From positions 2,957 to 15,420 of the forward strand of contig JAYEOX010000059.1 in assembly GCA_034723415.1 (NCBI GenBank): a stretch of DNA of 12,464 bases, read 5' to 3'. Under the pieces are notes generated by a model. It worked only from the letters and a program-made list of their open reading frames with translations. It made no database searches and had not been told where the DNA came from. This stretch comes from Fidelibacterota bacterium. GTDB lineage: Bacteria > Fidelibacterota > Fidelibacteria > Fidelibacterales > Fidelibacteraceae. Shown in pieces: positions 1 through 7,017 of this stretch (positions within the stretch are counted from its first letter, which is position 1; every line of letters begins with the position of its first letter). Position numbers and translations under genes: made by a program.

Positions 1-249
1 CCAAATTTAATTTATCCGTTTAAAGAATTAGATCTGAAAAAACCAAGAGAAGAGGCAAAAGAAATTGAATACGAACTTGTAGATTATACAGTTAAACAAG
101 GTGAGACACTTTGGTCTATTGCAAAAGATGAATATGGAAATAATTACGCTTGGATAGTAATTTTAAGAGACAATTATGATCTTATCGGTGATAATCCGGA
201 TTCAGTTGAACCAGGAACTATATTAAAATTGAGAACAAAATTATATTAA
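1..249 (+). CDS. LysM peptidoglycan-binding protein, 3' part only (at least two tandem LysM domains)
   Basis: Not in the ORF track. Manual frame +1 translation: PNLIYPFKELDLKKPREEAKEIEYELVDYTVKQGETLWSIAKDEYGNNYAWIVILRDNYDLIGDNPDSVEPGTILKLRTKLY*, TAA at 247-249. YTVKQGETLWSIA...NPDSVEPGTILKL is a LysM signature, and the leading PNLIYP is the tail of a preceding LysM. Confidence 0.9.
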   Translation, partial: PNLIYPFKELDLKKPREEAKEIEYELVDYTVKQGETLWSIAKDEYGNNYAWIVILRDNYDLIGDNPDSVEPGTILKLRTKLY

Positions 250-278
250 TAAAGTCCTTTTCATAAAGGTTTTCCTTT

Positions 279-312
279 AAAAATCCTCTGATCATATTCA
301 GGGGATTTTTTT
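279..312 (+). terminator. Intrinsic terminator after the LysM gene
   Basis: AAAAATCCTCTGA-tcatat-TCAGGGGATTTTTTT: stem with one G.U pair and a 7-T tract, 30 nt after the stop codon. Confidence 0.8.
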
Positions 313-339
313 AATTAAAGTATTACTTGAATATAGAAA

Positions 340-1365
340 ATGCTAAAAAAAATAAAACTACTAAATTATTTAATACTTATTGTTTTATCTTTAATGATAA
401 TATTTTCTTGTAGTTCTCAGCTCAAGAAAAGCGATTTGAATACAACATTATTTAATGAATACTATTCAACATTTAATTTTCCTAAGAGTTCGACTCAAAT
501 TAATACCATTTTTAATTCTGTCAAATTTATAAATAGTATAGCTTTTTATAAAACATATTTTTTCGCTACAGACAGTAAGATAAAAAATATTGATCTTGAT
601 ATTTTAAAAACAAGTTCGGTAGAAACCAGCTATGATACGAAAACTGCATCAGGCACAGCTTCAATAATCTATAATAATAATTCCAAATTAGCTTTCTTAA
701 CTTGTGCACATATTATTGATTTTCCCGATACACTTTACAGCTACCATAAAATAAATGACCTAAAATATATTGAAAGTGTCGCGATAAAACAAAGGCAACA
801 GAATTATATTAATGAACTTATTGATGGAAATAAAATGGAGATATTAGTATCTGATAAAGAACAAGATATCGCTATTTTAATAAAAGACACATATAATAAT
901 TGGGAATATTCAGGTCTAAATCAACTTTTTTGTGATGACGGCCAAATTGACATTGGAACAAAAATATATATTTTTGGTTATCCTAAGGGCATCCAGATGG
1001 TTACTACTGGAAATGTTGGCAATATAAAAGAAAATAATTACATTGTTGATTCTCAATTTAATAGAGGACAAAGTGGCGGTATGGTTTTCGTAACTAAATC
1101 AGATGCTCCAAATTTTGAACTATTGGGAATGGCAAAATCATCAGCTGCTGATTTCCATTTACTCTTAACACCACAAGATGATTATTTATCAGAAAAATAT
1201 AATTTATCTATCCCCTATGATAATAACATTTATTTAAAAAAATATGCCTTTATTAATTACGGATTAACTAATGTTATTCCTATAAATATTATTAACAAAT
1301 TCTTAAAGAAAAATAAAAAAGTTTTAGAAAATAATGGTTATTTACTAGAAGATTTCTTTCATTGA
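340..1365 (+). CDS. Trypsin-like (S1/Trypsin_2) serine protease, predicted lipoprotein
   Basis: Signal peptide with a lipobox-like IIFS-C24. Catalytic triad motifs in order: SGT, LTCAH (His), DIAIL (Asp), FGYP, NRGQSGG (Ser). No PDZ domain recognisable. Confidence 0.85.
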   Translation: MLKKIKLLNYLILIVLSLMIIFSCSSQLKKSDLNTTLFNEYYSTFNFPKSSTQINTIFNSVKFINSIAFYKTYFFATDSKIKNIDLDILKTSSVETSYDTKTASGTASIIYNNNSKLAFLTCAHIIDFPDTLYSYHKINDLKYIESVAIKQRQQNYINELIDGNKMEILVSDKEQDIAILIKDTYNNWEYSGLNQLFCDDGQIDIGTKIYIFGYPKGIQMVTTGNVGNIKENNYIVDSQFNRGQSGGMVFVTKSDAPNFELLGMAKSSAADFHLLLTPQDDYLSEKYNLSIPYDNNIYLKKYAFINYGLTNVIPINIINKFLKKNKKVLENNGYLLEDFFH

Positions 1366-1492
1366 GCTAACTTTTTTATAACACTATTTATGATTTCGTT
1401 AAAAGCAGTTTAAAAACATTTTAATATAAATTCGATTTAAAATTGTATGCTCACAACGAGCGGGCATATACATCTTTTACAATAATTTTTTC

Positions 1493-1534
1493 TTCTTTGC
1501 GTTCTTTGTATTTCTTTGCGCACTTTGCGTGAGA
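1493..1534. repeat. Short degenerate CTTTG(CG) repeat, 4 copies, period 9-10 nt
   Basis: CTTTG at 1495, 1504, 1514 and 1523. The - strand reads TCTCACGCAAAGTGCGCAAAGAAATACAAAGAACGCAAAGAA, just after the rhomboid stop. Confidence 0.7.
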
Positions 1535-1555
1535 TTTTTCTCCCCTACTCTTCCA

Positions 1556-2365
1556 CTACTGCAATAATTTTTCTTTTTCTTCTTTTGTTAATTTATCATA
1601 TCCTTCTTTAGAAAGTTTTTCCAAAATATCATCAATCTCCATTTGAGAACGTTTCATTTCTGACTTATGTTTATTTTTTGATTTAAAATGAGCTATAAGA
1701 TCATTAAGCATTTTTTTAATATCTTCAATCCCGAAATTATTTCCATTGAAATAATGATCATTATGCATAAAATAGCGTAAATAAATATACCCGACTATCA
1801 TACCTGATAAATGTGCAAAATGTGCAATACCATCTGCCGATGGAGTTATAGAAGAGAAGAATTCAATTCCACCGAATATCAAAACTAAATATTTTACTTT
1901 AATTGGAAATAATCCATAAATATATACAATTCTTTCCGGGAATTTCCTTCCATAAGCTAATAATATTCCATAAATCGCTCCGGATGCACCAATAATCGGT
2001 ATTGTAGATGTTGGTTGAATTACGACAGAAATTATTCCTGCGCCAATTCCCGTAACAAAATAAAATTTTAAAAATTCTTTTTTACCCCAGATCATTTCTA
2101 ACTCGGTACCAAACATCCATAATCCAAACATATTCAATAAAATATGGAAAAAACCGCCGTGTAAAAACATATATGTAACCGGTTGCCATAAATGAAACTC
2201 ATGCCAAGTGTGATACGGAATAACTCCAAAATAATATATTAATAAATTTCGCAATGGTTCTAATAATGTTAATACAAAAACGACCACATTTATAATAATT
2301 AAAGATTTTATTCCATCAGTAATTCTTCTACCCGGTCCGAATTGAATATGTCTATATTGATTCAT
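1556..2365 (-). CDS. Rhomboid family intramembrane serine protease with a DUF6576-like C-terminal tail
   Basis: WQPVTYMFLH, HILLNM, catalytic IGASGAIYG and AHFAHLSG motifs; multiple TM helices; tail EIDDILEKLSKEGYDKLTKEEK; SD AGAGGA upstream of the ATG. Confidence 0.93.
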   Translation of the reverse strand: MNQYRHIQFGPGRRITDGIKSLIIINVVVFVLTLLEPLRNLLIYYFGVIPYHTWHEFHLWQPVTYMFLHGGFFHILLNMFGLWMFGTELEMIWGKKEFLKFYFVTGIGAGIISVVIQPTSTIPIIGASGAIYGILLAYGRKFPERIVYIYGLFPIKVKYLVLIFGGIEFFSSITPSADGIAHFAHLSGMIVGYIYLRYFMHNDHYFNGNNFGIEDIKKMLNDLIAHFKSKNKHKSEMKRSQMEIDDILEKLSKEGYDKLTKEEKEKLLQ

Positions 2366-2417
2366 TATTCCTCTTCTTTTTATTTAATATTTAAAAAATA
2401 ACATAAAAACTATAATT

Positions 2418-3167
2418 TTAAATCATCTTATTTAATGTTTTTATTGAATTTAGATGCGATAAATTATCAAAATGAATTTTTAATGTATTCCATATTAATT
2501 TATCTATCATTTTTCTTATCTTTTCACTGCATTTAATATCTATTAAATTTTTCGGATGATTTTTCAACATAAAACTAAATATTTTAAGTATCTCGCTATT
2601 AAAAGCCAAATCCGAATTAATATTTTTTGAACAATTTGAACACAATAAATATCCATTTTTTGTGGAAATCTTTCCATTCGTTAACTTTTTATGACAGTGA
2701 TTACAATATTCTAAATTATAACCAAATCCATTGATCTTAAAAAAATGAATAAAAAAATACCAATGTAAATATTGGGGCGAAATTTTGTTATCATTCATTT
2801 CATAAAATACTGCTTTTAATAATTTAAAAATAGAAATATCAGAATAATACTTTTGAGTACGATAAATTACTTCTGTAACTATAGAAGCGTACAAAATAGC
2901 GATCGGATTATTTTTTAATTTCCAAAATGGCTCAATATATTCTGCCGAATTTATAAAATGATAAGGTCTCCCCTCTTTATAATTTATGTGAATATTTAGT
3001 AGAGAAAATTGTTCGAAAAAGCCATGAAATTTACTTTTATTTGTCCTGGCTCCTTTTGCTATAACTATTATTTTTCCATGATCAATAGAGAATAAATGGA
3101 CAATAAAACTTGTCTCTCCACTATTTTTCTTTTTTAATACGAATGCTTGTGTATTTATAATATTCAT
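2418..3167 (-). CDS. recO: DNA repair protein RecO
   Basis: N-terminal OB-fold pattern (AFVLKK..SGETSFIVHLFS..HGKI.VIAKGAR), C4 zinc finger CNHC...CSNC, C-terminal LNS motif; 249 aa is a typical length. Confidence 0.92.
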   Translation of the reverse strand: MNIINTQAFVLKKKNSGETSFIVHLFSIDHGKIIVIAKGARTNKSKFHGFFEQFSLLNIHINYKEGRPYHFINSAEYIEPFWKLKNNPIAILYASIVTEVIYRTQKYYSDISIFKLLKAVFYEMNDNKISPQYLHWYFFIHFFKINGFGYNLEYCNHCHKKLTNGKISTKNGYLLCSNCSKNINSDLAFNSEILKIFSFMLKNHPKNLIDIKCSEKIRKMIDKLIWNTLKIHFDNLSHLNSIKTLNKMI

Positions 3168-3248
3168 TTTTTCTTAAGTTTTAATCATTTTCAATATCAA
3201 ATTAAATTAATAAATAATAACTACAAATGAAATATAAAAATATTTGAT

Positions 3249-3277
3249 TTGATAAAAGTATAGTTAGATATTATAAT
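3249..3277 (+). promoter_or_regulatory. Candidate sigma70 promoter with no downstream ORF
   Basis: TTGATA (3249-3254), 17-nt spacer, TATAAT (3272-3277); 11/12 consensus match. The AT-rich context raises the chance-match rate. Confidence 0.5.
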
Positions 3278-3307
3278 AATTACACCACTTCGCGGTTTTT
3301 TTTAGCA

Positions 3308-3343
3308 CACGGATTTTCGCGGATTTAGTGGATTGGCACGGAT
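3308..3343. repeat. Degenerate GGAT repeat, 4 copies (CACGGAT/CGCGGAT/GTGGAT/CACGGAT)
   Basis: cacGGATtttcgcGGATttagtGGATtggcacGGAT, period 9-10 nt. Confidence 0.7.
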
Positions 3344-3346
3344 ATT

Positions 3347-3529
3347 TTGTCATTTGTTGTCATTGGTTGTATATCGGTTATTGAGCGAAGCCGAAATATT
3401 GTTGTCATTTGTTGTCATTGGTTGTATATCGGTTATTGAGCGAAGCCGAAATATTGTTGTCATTTGTTGTCATTGGTTGTATATCGGTTATTGAGCGAAG
3501 CCGAAATATTGTTGTCATTTGTTGGCATT
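3347..3529. repeat. 55-bp tandem repeat, three perfect copies plus a partial fourth
   Basis: Unit TTGTCATTTGTTGTCATTGGTTGTATATCGGTTATTGAGCGAAGCCGAAATATTG at 3347-3401, 3402-3456 and 3457-3511; partial copy at 3512-3529. Confidence 0.97.
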
Positions 3530-3602
3530 TTCAATTTTCCGTTTTCCGTTTTCAATTCCCAATTTCTAATTTCTAATTTCTAATTTCTAATTTCTAATTT
3601 TC
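3526..3602. repeat. Heptamer tandem repeat, 11 units
   Basis: CATTTTC AATTTTC CGTTTTC CGTTTTC AATTCCC (AATTTCT)x5 AATTTTC; strict 7-nt register, ending 3 nt from the proS stop. Confidence 0.93.
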
Positions 3603-3605
3603 ACA

Positions 3606-5036
3606 CTAATATGCTTTAGAAATAATCACTTGAACTTTACTTTCTTTACCTGTAATGAAACATTTTCCTGATTCTTTTGTCTTCTCAAATAATTTACATC
3701 TTATTGTTGCTTTTGTCTCATCTTTGATTTTGTCTTCTAATTCACTATCACCGGCCCAAAAAGTTCGAGCATAACCGCCTTTCTCAACAACTTCTTTTAA
3801 TTCATCATAATTCGTAATATCATAAGTATTTTCTTCTCTGAATTTTAGCTGTTTATTAAACATATCTTTTTGAATCGTATCAAGTAAATTAGTAATATCT
3901 CCCAAAAATTCTTCTAAAGATGGAAATGTTTTCTCTCTGTTATCTCGTCTAACAGTTACGACTCCATTACGTTCGACATCTTTCGGACCGATTTCTACTC
4001 TAAGTGGTACACCTTTCATTTCCCACTCGTTAAATTTGAATCCCGGTGTCAACTCTTCCCTATCGTCTAAATGGTATCTAATATTTTTATCTTTTAGAGT
4101 CACTTCAATCTTTTTCCATAAATTCATTACTTTATCTTTATCACTCTCACTACGATATATCGGAATAATAACAATTTGGTGAGGTGCAATTTTCGGTGGT
4201 AAAATTAGACCCTTATCATCACCATGTGTCATAATTATTCCACCAATAAGACGAGTAGAAACTCCCCAACTTGAGGCATAAACATATTCTTGTTCATTAC
4301 TTTTATTTTGGAATTTTACATCAAATGCTTTTGCAAAATTCTGTCCGAGATAATGTGATGTCCCGGACTGTAACGCCTTTTTATCACCCATTAATGCTTC
4401 AATAGAATATGTCTCAACAGCTCCCGGAAATTTTTCATTTTCGGTTTTTATCCCAACATGGACGGGCATAGCTAAATATTCTTCAGCTAATTTTTTATAG
4501 ATATTTATCATTTTTATTGCTTCAACTTTTGCTTCTTCAGCAGTTTCGTGAGCAGTATGCCCCTCTTGCCATAAAAATTCAGTTGTACGAAGAAATAAAC
4601 GTGTTCTCATTTCCCAACGAATTACATTTGCCCATTGATTTATTAACAAAGGCAGATCTCTATATGAATTTATCCATTTTTTATATGCCGACCAGATTAT
4701 TGTTTCTGATGTCGGTCGAAGTACATATGGCTTTTCCAATTTTTTTCCACCGGCATGAGTAACTACAGCAACTTCAGGAGCAAATCCTTCTACATGTTCA
4801 GCTTCTTTCTTTAGGAATTCTTCGGGAATTAATAGAGGAAAATAAGCATTCACGTGTCCCGTATCTTTGAACATCCTATCAAGATTGGATTTAATATTTT
4901 CCCACAAAGCATAACCATAAGGTCTAATTATCATACAACCTTTTACAGGTGCATAATCTGCCAATTCGGCTTTTTGAACAACATCAGTGTACCACTTTGC
5001 ATAATCTTTCGATTGAGATGTAACTCCTTTACTCAT
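3606..5036 (-). CDS. proS: Proline--tRNA ligase, archaeal/eukaryotic-like type without the INS editing domain
   Basis: YAPVKGC, EAEHVEGFAPE, LRPTSET, motif 2 RWEMRTRLFLRTTEFLWQEGHT, ALQSGTSHYLGQNF, motif 3 SWGVSTR, WEMKGVPLRVEIGPKD, terminal SKAY. Confidence 0.98.
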   Translation of the reverse strand: MSKGVTSQSKDYAKWYTDVVQKAELADYAPVKGCMIIRPYGYALWENIKSNLDRMFKDTGHVNAYFPLLIPEEFLKKEAEHVEGFAPEVAVVTHAGGKKLEKPYVLRPTSETIIWSAYKKWINSYRDLPLLINQWANVIRWEMRTRLFLRTTEFLWQEGHTAHETAEEAKVEAIKMINIYKKLAEEYLAMPVHVGIKTENEKFPGAVETYSIEALMGDKKALQSGTSHYLGQNFAKAFDVKFQNKSNEQEYVYASSWGVSTRLIGGIIMTHGDDKGLILPPKIAPHQIVIIPIYRSESDKDKVMNLWKKIEVTLKDKNIRYHLDDREELTPGFKFNEWEMKGVPLRVEIGPKDVERNGVVTVRRDNREKTFPSLEEFLGDITNLLDTIQKDMFNKQLKFREENTYDITNYDELKEVVEKGGYARTFWAGDSELEDKIKDETKATIRCKLFEKTKESGKCFITGKESKVQVIISKAY

Positions 5037-5745
5037 CTATTCCATCCGTTTCTTTATAACCTAATTGAGTAAAAGGGTTTACCATTATGGTTGCAACATT
5101 TTTCTGATTGGCATCAATTCTTTTTAAATATCTTAAGTACATTGCAACTACAATCGCGGTTACTTGTGGTAGTTCTAAATAATCTCCGTGTAAAATTTTC
5201 TTAATTTCTTCATCAATCGGACGGGATATTTGCGATTTGTATTCACTCATTATTTTTTTACAAATATTTTCATCTTTATTGATAAAAGCTTCCTTTAACA
5301 TTTCAAAATGCTTTAATACCTTATTTTCCTTTTCCACAACAATATCTTCTAATTTATTAAATTGCATGGTTTTTTTATAAATTAAGGCAATATCAGAAAT
5401 GTTTTTACAATTATCACCTATCCTTTCCAAATGATTTACAACTGTTGCCATTCCAAGTGAAATGGAAAGATCAGTTCTATATTTTTGGCAAAGTAATAGA
5501 TGCTTTTCTATATTTTCCCTGACTGAAACTTGCATAAAATTAACCTGTTTATCTTTTTCTCGCAGTGCAAATATTTTCTCTTCTGAATATTCTTTCCGCA
5601 AAATATGATATGCATCGTAAAACATTTCTTGATCAAAACGGATCATCTCTATCAATAATTCCCATGACTTACCTAATAAACCTTTTCTATGAAATCTTTT
5701 GCTTAATTCACTCCAAAAACTATTTTTCTCTTCTTTTTTAAACAT
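5029..5745 (-). CDS. PhoU-domain protein (phosphate transport regulator-like)
   Basis: Two helical PhoU-like repeats with HLERIGDNCKNI and YLKRIDANQKNV. Starts 1 nt after the Na/Pi transporter stop and overlaps the proS start by 8 nt. Confidence 0.82.
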   Translation of the reverse strand: MFKKEEKNSFWSELSKRFHRKGLLGKSWELLIEMIRFDQEMFYDAYHILRKEYSEEKIFALREKDKQVNFMQVSVRENIEKHLLLCQKYRTDLSISLGMATVVNHLERIGDNCKNISDIALIYKKTMQFNKLEDIVVEKENKVLKHFEMLKEAFINKDENICKKIMSEYKSQISRPIDEEIKKILHGDYLELPQVTAIVVAMYLRYLKRIDANQKNVATIMVNPFTQLGYKETDGIDE

Positions 5746-5746
5746 A

Positions 5747-6847
5747 TTAAAACCTCTCTATTATAAAAATTACTAATATTGGAATTATAAAAAATATAGT
5801 TGAAATAAAAATAATGGAAATCCAACGATGATAATATACAATATTTGAAACTTTTTCTGCAAGATATAATGGAATGTTCCTTAAATATTTTATTCCGAAA
5901 ATAATTGTCCCACCAAAAATATTAAATAATAAATGAGCAAAAGCTACCGTAACTGCTGCTATTTCTCCTGTTACCAAAGATGCCAATATTGTCGTCATTG
6001 TTGTACCTACATTCGCACCAATTGTGTATGGATAAATTTGAACAATATTTAACATACCGGCACCAACAAGTGGTACAACTAAAGATGTCGTTACAGAACT
6101 ACTCTGAACTAATACTGTTAAAAACATACCAAATACAAAAGCTCGTACAGCCGTCTTGAAAATTGTTTTATCAAAAAACGATTCTGCTTTATTAAGAATT
6201 ACACTTTTGAGTAAAGTAACAATGTATTTTAATGATACAAATAAAACTACAAATCCTATGATTAGAACTATTACCGGCTGACTCTGTGCTAAATCAATGA
6301 CAAAATGAGCAACTGGTTTAACGATTATTTTCAGCGGACTTTTAAATTCTAATCCTTGTGTTCCTAATAACAATCCTGAAAGAAAAGTTGCAGATCTCCC
6401 AAGAACATTAAATGAAATTTGAAGAGGAAATATTATTATCACAGCAAGAATATTAAAATAATCATGAACCGTTGCAGCACCAAATGCTCTCTTAAATTCT
6501 TCTCTTCTTCCTACAGATCCAATTGAAACAATAGTATTGGTAACAGAAGTTCCAATATTTGCTCCCATAACTATTGGGATTGCTCCGGCAATTGTTAAAG
6601 CTCCTCCGCCAACCATTCCTACTACAATAGAAGTTACGGTAGAAGAACTTTGCACCATACTTGTTACCAAAATACCAATAAACAATCCTTCAATCGGTGA
6701 AGAAGTCGATTGAAGTAATTTCTCCGCAAGACCGCTACCAAATAATTTAAATGCTGAACCTATCAGTTCAATACTCAAAAGAAAAAAATATAGTAGCCCA
6801 AGTAATGCAACTGTTTTTAGTATAATATTTCTTATATGTTTGTACAT
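5747..6847 (-). CDS. Sodium-dependent phosphate cotransporter (NptA/SLC34 family)
   Basis: Two repeats of the family signature: VQSSSTVTSI...MGANIGTSVT and VQSSSVTTSL...IGANVGTTMT; also GAATVHDYFN and AHLLFN. Hydrophobic throughout; SD AAGGA upstream. Confidence 0.93.
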   Translation of the reverse strand: MYKHIRNIILKTVALLGLLYFFLLSIELIGSAFKLFGSGLAEKLLQSTSSPIEGLFIGILVTSMVQSSSTVTSIVVGMVGGGALTIAGAIPIVMGANIGTSVTNTIVSIGSVGRREEFKRAFGAATVHDYFNILAVIIIFPLQISFNVLGRSATFLSGLLLGTQGLEFKSPLKIIVKPVAHFVIDLAQSQPVIVLIIGFVVLFVSLKYIVTLLKSVILNKAESFFDKTIFKTAVRAFVFGMFLTVLVQSSSVTTSLVVPLVGAGMLNIVQIYPYTIGANVGTTMTTILASLVTGEIAAVTVAFAHLLFNIFGGTIIFGIKYLRNIPLYLAEKVSNIVYYHRWISIIFISTIFFIIPILVIFIIERF

Positions 6848-6872
6848 TATCTTCCTTTAGAATAACTTGCAT

Positions 6873-6901
6873 AAGTTAATTAAAATAATAATACTTTTCA
6901 A
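6873..6901 (-). promoter_or_regulatory. Candidate sigma70 promoter for the Na/Pi-phoU-proS operon
   Basis: On the - strand: TTGAAA (6901-6896), 17 nt, TAACTT (6878-6873). The same hexamers and spacing occur upstream of glnS. Confidence 0.45.
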
Positions 6902-7017
6902 TAAAAAACAAACTTTTCTACTAATTGTAAATTTACATTTGAAACTTTATTAAATATTATTAATTGTTTTATATAATAAGTAAATTGAAGTAATAAATTT
7001 AACTACAATAAATATTT

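Noticed and set aside
256..278. Alternative CCTTT/AAAGG/CCTTT hairpins as an RNA switch
   Set aside because: The stems are only 5 bp and do not overlap the GC core of the terminator; likely chance.
1444..1478. Hairpin TATGCTC/GGGCATA as a terminator between the convergent genes
   Set aside because: Short imperfect stem with competing pairings and no adjacent clean U tract; possible but not supportable.
1556..1558. TAG read-through or stop-codon reassignment extending the rhomboid
   Set aside because: proS ends at its canonical terminal Tyr with TAG, and TAA and TGA also end genes here, so the standard code fits. The extension would run into repeat DNA.
3347..3529. CRISPR array
   Set aside because: The units are identical along their whole 55 bp with no unique spacers, and there are no cas genes in the window.
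3606..3780. Loss of Zn-binding cysteines in the ProRS C-terminal domain (WAGD..LE, CFITG)
   Set aside because: Zn-less variants are common among bacterial ProRSs of this type, so this is not novel.
4517..4762. 81-aa + strand ORF
   Set aside because: Antisense shadow inside the highly conserved proS; TTG start and no recognisable motif.
4854..5072. 72-aa + strand ORF
   Set aside because: Antisense to proS/phoU; GTG start and no motif.
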